Position numbers and translations under genes: made by a program. Below, piece by piece: positions 8,713-17,409 of a stretch of 22,927 nt of DNA. How positions within the stretch are numbered: position 1 is the stretch's first letter; every line of letters begins with the position of its first letter. The notes beneath the pieces were generated by a model. The model was not told the DNA's origin. It was given only the letters and a program-made list of their open reading frames with translations, and searched no databases. Source of the DNA: Bdellovibrionales bacterium (GTDB taxonomy: Bacteria; Bdellovibrionota; Bdellovibrionia; Bdellovibrionales; UBA840); NCBI GenBank assembly GCA_037969075.1, contig JBBKWS010000142.1:1-22927 (forward strand). The letters are read 5' to 3'.

Positions 8713-9237
8713 ATGTTAGACCGCGAGACACTAAGTACATATATAAACGAAGAAGAAATTAGAGACATCATTAGAACTCTTGCAAGGCGCGTAGAAGAGG
8801 ATTTTCTCGGCGAACCGGTAACACTAATTTGTCCGCTAAAAGGAAGTATCTTTTTTATAGCAGACTTTATGCGCGAACTTAAACTGCAACAAGAAGTTGA
8901 TTTTGTGCAGCTAAGTAATCGCTCTAGCGGCAGACGAGGCGCTGACATTAAGTTTATTAAGGATATCTCTACAGATGTATCCGGTAAGAATGTAATTATC
9001 GTAGAAGAAATTATTGATACCGCAAGAACATTGTCTTTTTTAAAAAACAGACTCTTGTCAGCTGAACCAAAGAGTTTACGAATACTCACTTTACTTGATA
9101 AGCCTGCCAGGCGGGTAATTAGTTTGAAGCCCGATTATATTGGTAAAACTATTGAAGATAGATATGTTATTGGTTACGGGATGGATCAAGACGAAGCGGG
9201 TCGTAATTTTAGTCAAATATATTTTTTAAAGAACTAG
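8713..9237 (+). CDS. hpt: Hypoxanthine phosphoribosyltransferase-like type I PRTase (divergent motifs)
   Basis: LKGS.FF.AD, VIIVEEIIDTARTL, LLDKP.RR, VIGYGMD....RN; AGGAG ribosome binding site at 8702-8706. Confidence 0.8.
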   Translation: MLDRETLSTYINEEEIRDIIRTLARRVEEDFLGEPVTLICPLKGSIFFIADFMRELKLQQEVDFVQLSNRSSGRRGADIKFIKDISTDVSGKNVIIVEEIIDTARTLSFLKNRLLSAEPKSLRILTLLDKPARRVISLKPDYIGKTIEDRYVIGYGMDQDEAGRNFSQIYFLKN

Positions 9238-11020
9238 GCTGCAGTTTACTTTTCGCCCTTTGGCTAACCAGAGGGTTCGAATCATCCATTAAAAGTACTA
9301 GCGTATCAGTGTCCTGTAGCTTAGCCGCAATATCTACAGCTACTTCACGAACCATTGCAGCGGTGTCACCTCTTAATATCTGTAATAAATATTTGGCGTC
9401 CGTCTTATTAGTCATTGTGGGCAGAGCTTCAACCATTGACCATCTGACAAAGTCATTTTTATCTTTCATTATCTCTTCTACTAAGTCTTTGCTAGCCGGA
9501 TATAACTGTACCGAAGCCGCTGATACAGAGGATCTTACCTTGGCAGATGTGTCTTTTTTAAATTTATTTAAAATCTCTAAGCCATAATCACCTAAGTTTC
9601 TTGCTTGTAAGGCAATACCACTTCTTAAATCAGGATTTGAATTCTCAGATGCCCTTAAGATTAAATCCCTGCCCCTCTTAGAGGCTAGTAGTTTGTTTTT
9701 TGCTAATGACTGAATTAGCGTTATTTGAAAATCTACACCATTATAATCATCGGCTTTAATACTAAATATTTTTTGCGAAGCCTCTAGTATTTTGTCCTCA
9801 ACTGCCGGGATAGGTTCTAATTTTAAATCTCGTAAAAATGAGTAATAATCTATCTTTCGTAAAATCCCTAAATTTTTTGTATATAGCTTTTTAGAGATAA
9901 ATGCATTCAGCTCAACATTCTCGCGAAGTTTTTTTCTCACCTTCTCTTCTACACTAGAGCCTTCTTTTTTTAGACGGTGAATAAGCTCCCATAAGTTGTT
10001 AAAATTAAAAGCTATCAGCTCTTTGTCTGCCAAAATACTATCAACATACTTTAATATATCCTCTTCTGATTCTGCCCTATCTAGTAGGCAGGCCAAATCT
10101 TTTGCTTGTTTTAACTTTGGATTATCTTGCGCAGCTAGCGCCGGAAAGGCCTGTAAATCAGGATTATCAAAACCAGGGATAACCCCATTGTTCTTCACGT
10201 GACCGTGGTTAATCCATGCATCTATGTTATTAAATTCACACTTATCGCCCTTGTCTGGCTTAAATAACCCCAATACCGCGTTTGCATATTTAGCCGCTAC
10301 ATCTGTACTCATCAAACTTGGATCGATGTACTTAGCAGTTTTACCCTCATTTAAAGCAGCAATATGTGCCATATGATATGGAATAGAATATTCACTTTTT
10401 GCATTTTCACCTGGCGCACTTTTTGTCCAACCAAAAACTGTTGCCCTAGGAAATACTCGTAAGTATCTAGAGGAAAGCGGATTATCTAAATCAAGAGTTC
10501 CCGAGAACTCCATATTTAAATCCGCAAAATTTGTCTGTAGATTATCTTCACCAATAACATTACCAACGCGCATAGTATGATAATCTGCGTCTACATCTTG
10601 ATCAGATGCAATATGCTCTTCAGTTCCTACACCTAGTGTACGACACCCTTGAAGCCATAAGCTTTTTATATTTGAAAACCATTCTTTATATTTTGGGTTA
10701 CAAGACAGCTTCTCCATAAAATCAATACCCAATTGACCGTTGGCTTGTTTACCACCAAATTTTCCATAGTGATGGCCCGAAATTACTAAACCATCGCAAG
10801 GGGCACCAGACTCAATCATTCTTTCAAAAGATTTTTCGGGGTTTGCTTCTTTTTCAGGGCTTTGAAATTCTATAACTTTTATATCACTGCCTGTTTTTTT
10901 ATTTAAACCGTCCATGAAGGATTGTGTGACCGTAAACTCTTTTTCATTGTTTAAAGATAAGTAACAAATTGTTACCTTATCTGCTGCAAATATATGTAAG
11001 AAAAGGAGTGTGATGAGCAT
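9209..11020 (-). CDS. Secreted hypothetical protein: N-terminal caspase/CHAT-like (clan CD) His-Cys domain plus C-terminal HEAT repeats
   Basis: Hydrophobic N-terminus; LVISGHH (H83/H84) and LWLQGCRT (C126); C-terminal HEAT-like units (NPDLRSGIA, DTSAKVRSSV, DKNDFVRWSMV, DTAAMVREVAV, DSNPLVSQRA). The ORF is clear; the function is inferred. Confidence 0.7.
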   Translation of the reverse strand: MLITLLFLHIFAADKVTICYLSLNNEKEFTVTQSFMDGLNKKTGSDIKVIEFQSPEKEANPEKSFERMIESGAPCDGLVISGHHYGKFGGKQANGQLGIDFMEKLSCNPKYKEWFSNIKSLWLQGCRTLGVGTEEHIASDQDVDADYHTMRVGNVIGEDNLQTNFADLNMEFSGTLDLDNPLSSRYLRVFPRATVFGWTKSAPGENAKSEYSIPYHMAHIAALNEGKTAKYIDPSLMSTDVAAKYANAVLGLFKPDKGDKCEFNNIDAWINHGHVKNNGVIPGFDNPDLQAFPALAAQDNPKLKQAKDLACLLDRAESEEDILKYVDSILADKELIAFNFNNLWELIHRLKKEGSSVEEKVRKKLRENVELNAFISKKLYTKNLGILRKIDYYSFLRDLKLEPIPAVEDKILEASQKIFSIKADDYNGVDFQITLIQSLAKNKLLASKRGRDLILRASENSNPDLRSGIALQARNLGDYGLEILNKFKKDTSAKVRSSVSAASVQLYPASKDLVEEIMKDKNDFVRWSMVEALPTMTNKTDAKYLLQILRGDTAAMVREVAVDIAAKLQDTDTLVLLMDDSNPLVSQRAKSKLQPSSLKNIFD

Positions 11021-11032
11021 TCTATTATTGTA
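11021..11032 (-). promoter_or_regulatory. Putative -10 box for a leaderless transcript of the HEAT-repeat gene
   Basis: TACAAT (11032-11027) lies 6 nt upstream of ATG 11020; no Shine-Dalgarno and no recognisable -35 box. Confidence 0.45.
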
Positions 11033-11191
11033 ATTGAAAATTACTAAAAGTAGTTACCGACTAACGTACTAAAACGTCCAAGATAAAGTATGCAAGGGCG
11101 CTGCTAATTAAGATGAGAGTGCTAGATGTGGTCATAAATGCTGTACCTAAGTTGTGAACTAGGTCGATTAAACTAAGTATTTAACAACTTG

Positions 11192-12562
11192 TCAATTTTT
11201 TACAATTGTACCCACAAGATCATAGGCGTGCGAGTCAGTGATTAAAACATTAACAAGATCACCAACCTCAGCTTCACCTTCATTGATCAAAACTACGCCA
11301 TCAATTTCTGGTGCCTGACCCGACATGCGGCCTTGCAGTAGCAATTCGGTTTCTTCGGAATAGCCTTCTACTAAGACTTGTATGGTTCTACCAACAAACC
11401 TGCGGTGCATTTGATAACTAATATCTTGCTGAATCTCCATCAATTCGTCATGGCGCCTTTGCTTAGTATCTTCATCAATTTGGTTTTCCATTCTTCCGCC
11501 AGCAGTAGACTCTTCTGGTGAATATTTAAAACATCCAACTCGGTCAAAGCTAAAATCACGGACAAAATCTTTCAATTCAGAAAATTCCTCTTCTGTTTCA
11601 CCCGGGAAACCAACTATAAACTGTGTTCTAATTACTGCATCCGGCATTTCTTTACGGATCCAGTTTAATCGTTCAACAATCTCAGCTTTAGTCATTTTGC
11701 GATTCATTGCTTTTAGCATGCCGTCGCTGATGTGTTGAAGTGGCATATCAAAATATGGTAAAATATTAGGACGATCTTTCATCAGCTGTAAAAGCTCGGG
11801 CGTAATTCCATCAGGATACATGTACATGATGCGTATCCACTGTGCTCCCTCAACCTCAGAAAGTTTTTTAAGCAATTCAACGTTAGTTTCAGGTGCATCC
11901 GGATCTTTACGTCTAATATCCCAGCCATAATCAGTGAAATCATGGGACACCACAATCAGCTCTTTTACCCCACTTGCAACCAGTAACTTAGCTTCGCTAA
12001 TCACACCGTCTATTGTACGTGACTGCAGATTTCCCCTAATTTTAGGGATCGCACAAAATGCACAGCGCTTTTTACAGCCCTCAGAAATTTTTAAATATGC
12101 GCGATGCTTAGGACCAGTGATCAATCTAGGCGTTTCTTTTTGCTGTAAAAAAGTGGGTAGGTGATAAAACTTTTGATCTGTCTTACCTTCTTGATGGTCT
12201 TTTAAAATTTTAGCTATATTTTGAAACTCTCCAGATCCTATAAAGATATCGGCTTCTGGTAAACTTTCTACCAACTCATCTTTATATCTCTGAGGTAAGC
12301 AACCTGATACAATTAATTTTTTATTTTTATCAGTACCTTTTACCTGTGCCATTTCTAAAATTGTCTGCACTGATTCACGTCTGGAGTCTTCAATAAAACT
12401 ACAGGTATTTACTATAATGGCATCAGCCTGACTGGGGTCATCAGTAACTTCATATTCGTCTTTTGCAAGAGTACCCAGCATAATTTCGGCATCCACCAAA
12501 TTCTTGGGACAACCTAGACTAATCATGTGTACTTTCTTTTTTAAAGCCTCAATATTTTCCAC
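11192..12562 (-). CDS. rimO: Ribosomal protein S12 methylthiotransferase RimO
   Basis: SLGCPKNLVD, VNTCSFI, SGCL.QRY, radical SAM YLKISEGCKKRCAFCAIP, FIVGFPGETEE, TRAM domain with APEIDG; GTG start. Confidence 0.97.
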   Translation of the reverse strand: MENIEALKKKVHMISLGCPKNLVDAEIMLGTLAKDEYEVTDDPSQADAIIVNTCSFIEDSRRESVQTILEMAQVKGTDKNKKLIVSGCLPQRYKDELVESLPEADIFIGSGEFQNIAKILKDHQEGKTDQKFYHLPTFLQQKETPRLITGPKHRAYLKISEGCKKRCAFCAIPKIRGNLQSRTIDGVISEAKLLVASGVKELIVVSHDFTDYGWDIRRKDPDAPETNVELLKKLSEVEGAQWIRIMYMYPDGITPELLQLMKDRPNILPYFDMPLQHISDGMLKAMNRKMTKAEIVERLNWIRKEMPDAVIRTQFIVGFPGETEEEFSELKDFVRDFSFDRVGCFKYSPEESTAGGRMENQIDEDTKQRRHDELMEIQQDISYQMHRRFVGRTIQVLVEGYSEETELLLQGRMSGQAPEIDGVVLINEGEAEVGDLVNVLITDSHAYDLVGTIVKN

Positions 12563-12564
12563 TA

Positions 12565-13047
12565 TTACCTCATATTATTAAACTGTAATGGCACACCAAA
12601 ATCTTTATTGCGAATAAACTGCATACACTCTTGTAACTCATCAATGCTTTTAGAAGTCACTCTCAGTGTTTCGCCTTGAATTTGCACTTGTACTTTTAAC
12701 TTTGAATCTTTTATTTGCTTTGTAATTTCTTTTGTTTTTTCTTTATCAATACCCTGCTGAACGCTAGCTTTTTGTCTAAGCATCATACCGCCCGCTGGCT
12801 CATGCTTATCAAATTTTATTATTCTAGGGTCCAAGCCTCTTTTAATTGCCTTAGATTGAATGATATCTTTAATTGCATTCATTTTATAATCATCTTCAGC
12901 TAAAAAGATGATTTCTTTTTTATCCCACTTAAGTTCATACTTACTGCCCTTAAAGTCGTATCTTGATGCGAGCTCTTTTTTAGCTGTGTTAATGGCGTTT
13001 TCAACTTCTTGTAAATCTGCTTCTGAAACAATATCAAATGATGGCAT
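12565..13047 (-). CDS. yajQ: YajQ family nucleotide / cyclic di-GMP-binding protein
   Basis: MPSFDIVS, RYDFKGS, KLKVQ.QIQG..LRV, D.LQ, LQF.N.R. Confidence 0.96.
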   Translation of the reverse strand: MPSFDIVSEADLQEVENAINTAKKELASRYDFKGSKYELKWDKKEIIFLAEDDYKMNAIKDIIQSKAIKRGLDPRIIKFDKHEPAGGMMLRQKASVQQGIDKEKTKEITKQIKDSKLKVQVQIQGETLRVTSKSIDELQECMQFIRNKDFGVPLQFNNMR

Positions 13048-13048
13048 A

Positions 13049-13729
13049 TTATATCTCCGTCACTTCTGCGTCTTTAGGTATTTTGTATTGAAATAACTTA
13101 GGGTTCTTTTCTTTTAAAAATGCTGTCGCTTGCATTTCTAATGTAATTTTATTTTTCAGTTCATCCCAGTAAATTATTTTTTGTATTTGTAAATCATCTG
13201 CATTTACATTTATTTGTACTTTTTGAGCTGACAAATTTTTATCAACAGCAATTAGGTCGTAAGTAGTCTTATCTTTTCTAGTCACTGCATAAAATTTTGC
13301 AAGATCACCTTTTCCAAATAAAACTGACAGGAAGGCTTGCGATTGTTTTAGCGTCGGGTTCTTACTGATTAACACACGCACTGGTCCGCCAAACTCTGGA
13401 TCAGCCTCATCAATTACGATTGCTTTTTTGTTTGCTAAAATAGTGATAGATTTAGGCACGTCTTCAGTATCAACACGGATTTCACCCTGATTAGTAATAA
13501 ACATTTTTTGTGGAGATACCTTCGTCTTATCTAAAACTTCAAGATAAGTTGTTTTTTGAATCTTAAAGTTTATCTGCTCATACTTTGCGTATTTATTACG
13601 AATCTGCTCTAGCACGTCGACCTGCTGAGACGTAGTCGGTTTAACGCTAGAAACCTTTGGCTTTGCCATACTAGAGCAACCAATTAAGGCTATAAATAAA
13701 CTGAGTAAAATTTGGGTTATTTTCATCAT
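13049..13729 (-). CDS. lolA: LolA-family outer-membrane lipoprotein carrier, with a possible lipobox
   Basis: Signal peptide; beta-rich LolA pattern (F.Q.....L, DEL.NK, C-terminal F.YKIPKDAEV). Confidence 0.7.
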   Translation of the reverse strand: MMKITQILLSLFIALIGCSSMAKPKVSSVKPTTSQQVDVLEQIRNKYAKYEQINFKIQKTTYLEVLDKTKVSPQKMFITNQGEIRVDTEDVPKSITILANKKAIVIDEADPEFGGPVRVLISKNPTLKQSQAFLSVLFGKGDLAKFYAVTRKDKTTYDLIAVDKNLSAQKVQINVNADDLQIQKIIYWDELKNKITLEMQATAFLKEKNPKLFQYKIPKDAEVTEI

Positions 13730-13822
13730 AAATACCTATTATTATTATGACATGTAGTACCACAAATTGTGTTCACATGCCACAGTCTTTTTAATGAGCG
13801 GTTCCGCTTAGTAATATAAAAT

Positions 13823-14383
13823 TTACAGTATCTGTTTATCAACTGGAGTATAGCAGAGACTAATCACCTTGGCGTGGGGTTTACCCAATAAATTCCAAGC
13901 TGACTCGATAGTTTTACCCGTAGTAATCAGGTCATCAATAAGTACAACGCTAGGTTTAAGTTCAATTTTCTCTAAAAGGATTAGCTTCAGACCCTCTCTC
14001 TGCTTTTTTGATTTCAGCGATTGCTTCGCACTCAACTTATAGAAGGGTTCAAATATTTCTTGCCCAGGAAATATTTTTTGCGCCAGCACATAAGAGTGAT
14101 TTTGTTCTCGGATTAAATTTTTACTATTTGGCATAACTATAATACTGGCGTCTATAGGCAGAAAGCGGCTCACCAGTTTATCTAAAGCTCCTGAAAACTT
14201 TCCGTATTTTAGGTTTTTAACAAAAATCTCACCATAAGAGTTGTACTCAAATAGATAGTCGTGAGCGATTTGCCCTTGCTTTCGAGTTTTAACTTTTGGA
14301 ACGATTAAGCATTTGTCACAGACAAAGGTAATTTGATAAACAGGTTTTCCACAGAAATAACAACAATATAAATAGCGCCACAT
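13823..14383 (-). CDS. comF: ComF/GntX-family phosphoribosyltransferase-like protein (short)
   Basis: N-terminal CxxC...CxxC, LKY, Q......R motif, PRPP loop VLIDDLITTGKT. Confidence 0.75.
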   Translation of the reverse strand: MWRYLYCCYFCGKPVYQITFVCDKCLIVPKVKTRKQGQIAHDYLFEYNSYGEIFVKNLKYGKFSGALDKLVSRFLPIDASIIVMPNSKNLIREQNHSYVLAQKIFPGQEIFEPFYKLSAKQSLKSKKQREGLKLILLEKIELKPSVVLIDDLITTGKTIESAWNLLGKPHAKVISLCYTPVDKQIL

Positions 14384-14416
14384 ATTGGCTTACTATTCAC
14401 AAATTGTACCAATCAT

Positions 14417-15928
14417 CTACTTAACTATAAGCGACTTGCCTGACATCTGTCCGGGCTTTGGGATTTTTAGAAAATCTAAAATGGTTGGCGCGATATCAGC
14501 GAGTGTTCCATTGGTAAGCTTTGCGCCTATAGCATTTTGCCCTACCCAGATAAATGGAACTGGGTTGGTTGAGTGCTGAGTCATTGGATCGCCAGTTTCT
14601 ACATCTAACATCTCTTCGCAATTACCGTGATCAGCTGATATTAGCACATCGTATCCTGCACTTAGCGCAGACTCACAAACTTGCTTCATGCAAACATCTA
14701 AAACTTCAACAGCTTTAATGGCCGCAGGCTCGATCCCTGTGTGCCCAACCATATCACCATTGGCATAGTTGCAGATAACTAGGTCATATTTTTTAGTGTT
14801 AATAGCTTCTACCAATTTTTCCGTAAGGGCGGGCGCGCTCATTTCGGGTTTTTGATCGTACGTCTCAACTTCTCTAGGAGATTCAACCATTATCCTATCT
14901 TCTTCAGAAAAAATGGCCTCTTTTCCGCCATTAAAAAAATAGGTCACGTGGGCATATTTTTCGGTTTCAGCAATTCTAAGTTGTTTTAATCCATGCTCAG
15001 AAACTAATTCCGGTAATATTTTACTTAGGTCTTCTTTTGTAAATAGCGTCGGGAACTCAAATTCTTCACTGTACGGGCTAAAGCAAATCCAGTTTTTTAC
15101 TTCGACTTTGATAGGGCAGGGAAATTCTTGAAATGTTTTTATTGCAAAAGCCTGAGTGATTTCTCTGGCCCGATCAGCGCGAAAATTAAAGAAAACCACG
15201 GCATCATCAGCAGCGATAACTTTTCCGCTTTCAATGATACGAGGTTTTACGAACTCATCGTTTTCACCGGCGGCGTATGCACTGCCGATAGCCTCACTGG
15301 CAGACTTAGATTTTTCACCAACCCCTATTGCCATGGCATCGTAGGCAAGCTTTACGCGCTCCCACCTTTTATCTCTATCCATAGCATAAAAGCGGCCAAT
15401 CACCGTTGAGATTTTAATATTTAGCTTATCGACAAGATAGCTCTCTAATTTCTTAATGTAAGTAGCCCCACTTTTAGGAGGGGTATCTCTGCCATCCATG
15501 AAAAGATGTAAGTAGATTTTTTTATCAGGATATTTTTTAGAATAAAAATTCATTAGACCATATAAATGGTCTTCATGAGAGTGCACTCCGCCATCAGAAA
15601 ATAAACCAATTAAATGAATAGCGGGGGCTGCTGTAATCTTATTTAAATCTTCAAGTTTTTCAAAACCCTCTAGTTTCATAAATCGGTCAATACGAGTTAA
15701 GTCTTGATAGATAATTCGCCCGGCACCAATCGTTAAGTGACCTACCTCAGAATTTCCCATTACTCCTTTTGGTAAGCCTACAGCTTCGCCAGAAGTTTCT
15801 AATAATGAGTGTGGATATTTTTGTAAAAGTGAATCCATAAAGGGAGTTCTAGCTAATGCAATTGCATTGTGCTCTTTAATTTCTGAGTGACCATATCCAT
15901 CTAGTATAATTAATGCGACTTTACTCAT
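14417..15928 (-). CDS. gpmI: 2,3-bisphosphoglycerate-independent phosphoglycerate mutase
   Basis: ILDGYG, MGNSEVGH..IGAGR, SDGGVHSH, DGRDT.P, GRFYAMDRDKRW, NFRADRARE, ETEKYAHVT, DMVGHTG, ADHGN.E. Confidence 0.98.
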   Translation of the reverse strand: MSKVALIILDGYGHSEIKEHNAIALARTPFMDSLLQKYPHSLLETSGEAVGLPKGVMGNSEVGHLTIGAGRIIYQDLTRIDRFMKLEGFEKLEDLNKITAAPAIHLIGLFSDGGVHSHEDHLYGLMNFYSKKYPDKKIYLHLFMDGRDTPPKSGATYIKKLESYLVDKLNIKISTVIGRFYAMDRDKRWERVKLAYDAMAIGVGEKSKSASEAIGSAYAAGENDEFVKPRIIESGKVIAADDAVVFFNFRADRAREITQAFAIKTFQEFPCPIKVEVKNWICFSPYSEEFEFPTLFTKEDLSKILPELVSEHGLKQLRIAETEKYAHVTYFFNGGKEAIFSEEDRIMVESPREVETYDQKPEMSAPALTEKLVEAINTKKYDLVICNYANGDMVGHTGIEPAAIKAVEVLDVCMKQVCESALSAGYDVLISADHGNCEEMLDVETGDPMTQHSTNPVPFIWVGQNAIGAKLTNGTLADIAPTILDFLKIPKPGQMSGKSLIVK

Positions 15929-16388
15929 TGTGGTAAGGTATTCCTTTCCAAATTGTTAATGCTCTATATAGCTGCTCTAATAAAACAGTTTGCGCTACAA
16001 AATGGTTCATAACCATCGGCGAAAGCGTGATTTTATGATCAGCCCTCTTTTTTAAATCATCCGTAACACCATACGCGCCACCAATTATAAACTGTATATT
16101 TTTTTTACCATTTTCAACAGAGGAAACCAATAACTTTGAAAAACTCTCGCTAGAATAGGACTTACCAGACTCATCTAGAAGAATCACCAGTGCTTTGTCG
16201 CTGATGGCAGCTAAAAGCTGTTTGCTTTCTAGTTGTTTTTTTATTTCGCGTTCATCACGCCCCATGGCCTTAGACTTTACAGCCTTACGCTCAAAGGGAT
16301 AATAGTGATTAATCTTTTTAGTGTATAATTGCGTGGCTTCTAAGAACCATTTCTCTTTTGAAGATTCGATGGTTAGAAGCTGAAACAT
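15921..16388 (-). CDS. rlmH: 23S rRNA pseudouridine-1915 N3-methyltransferase RlmH
   Basis: SPOUT motifs LDESGK..SS..F, FIIGGAYG, LS.M...H, EQLYRA..I..G.PYH. Confidence 0.96.
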   Translation of the reverse strand: MFQLLTIESSKEKWFLEATQLYTKKINHYYPFERKAVKSKAMGRDEREIKKQLESKQLLAAISDKALVILLDESGKSYSSESFSKLLVSSVENGKKNIQFIIGGAYGVTDDLKKRADHKITLSPMVMNHFVAQTVLLEQLYRALTIWKGIPYHNE

Positions 16389-16389
16389 C

Positions 16390-17409
16390 TTATGAGTTCT
16401 TAATATCGGTGAGGTCCATTTCGTGCCCCTCTTTCCATAAGTTTTCTAAGCCGTATTCTTGGCGAACAAAATCATAGAAAAGATGGATGATCAGGCTACC
16501 GTAATCTAGTAGCACCCAGCGGCCTTCTCTTAAGCCTTCAAGACCAATGGGTAGAACACCGTATTCATCTTTGATCTCAGCCATTACTACTTCGGCAATA
16601 GAGCTGGCGTGCTTTGAACTAGTTCCTGATGCAATCAACGTATATTCTGTTGGAGCAGACAGGCTACTCAAATCGAAACCTCTAAGCCCAATAGCCTTTT
16701 TACTCCAGAGTTTTTTTGCACAAAACATTGTGAACTCTTCATAGTTACGAATCTGTGAGTCTAATGGTTTATACAGTTCTTTTTCTTTAATAAAATTTTC
16801 GACTTCAAAAGTTAAATATTTTTCTACTCTAAGTCCGTTTCGCAGTTTTTTACGGATATCCGTAGCTGACACATCTACATCATCTACTCTTATAAATTCA
16901 ATGTGACGGCCGGTAGTAAGTTGAACGTAATTACGATCAAACAGTGCTACGAATGGCTGGATACCTGATGGAATATCTTTTACAGAAAACGGCAGTTGCA
17001 TACCTGGGCGTGAAGTTACTATGATGTTGCAAATACCTAGAATTTCTTCAAAGTCCTTCCACGAATCAAACTCGTAGAAAGCATCAGCACCAACAATCAA
17101 ATGAAGCTCTTCTGCATTGTAATTCTCTGCATACAGCCTAAGCGTGTCGATGGTGTAGCTATTGCCTTTTCTTTGAATTTCAACGTCATCAACTTGCGCC
17201 ACATAATCATAAGGACGAAATCCCGTCTCTGTCATTTGCAGTCTTTGCTCGGGGCTTGGTCCTTCAACAGGATCTTTATTAGGGTTTTGAAACGCAGGGA
17301 TTACAAACACTCGGCTCAATGATAATTTTTCGGCAACGTTTACCACTGAGTTAATATGACCAAGATGAAGGGGGTTAAACGTACCCCCAAAAATTCCTAT
17401 TTTATTCAT
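16390..17409 (-). CDS. nadD: Fusion of nicotinate-nucleotide adenylyltransferase NadD (N-terminal) and ribosome silencing factor RsfS (C-terminal)
   Basis: GIFGGTFNPLHLGH, SYTIDTL, GAD......WK, SATDIR, then in frame KKA...D......EY..IASG.S..H, EG....WVLLDYG..I.H.F....R..Y.LE.LW. Start ATG 17409 (GGAG upstream) overlaps the obgE stop. Confidence 0.93.
   Translation of the reverse strand: MNKIGIFGGTFNPLHLGHINSVVNVAEKLSLSRVFVIPAFQNPNKDPVEGPSPEQRLQMTETGFRPYDYVAQVDDVEIQRKGNSYTIDTLRLYAENYNAEELHLIVGADAFYEFDSWKDFEEILGICNIIVTSRPGMQLPFSVKDIPSGIQPFVALFDRNYVQLTTGRHIEFIRVDDVDVSATDIRKKLRNGLRVEKYLTFEVENFIKEKELYKPLDSQIRNYEEFTMFCAKKLWSKKAIGLRGFDLSSLSAPTEYTLIASGTSSKHASSIAEVVMAEIKDEYGVLPIGLEGLREGRWVLLDYGSLIIHLFYDFVRQEYGLENLWKEGHEMDLTDIKNS

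Noticed and set aside
11091..11106. Sigma54-like TAGCAG-N5-TTGCA on the minus strand upstream of the HEAT-repeat gene
   Set aside because: The invariant -24 GG is AG, and a sigma70 -10 box next to the ATG is a simpler explanation.
11145..11164. Hairpin ACCTAAGTT-GTG-AACTAGGT downstream of rimO
   Set aside because: Bulged, AT-rich stem with no U-tract; not enough to call a terminator.
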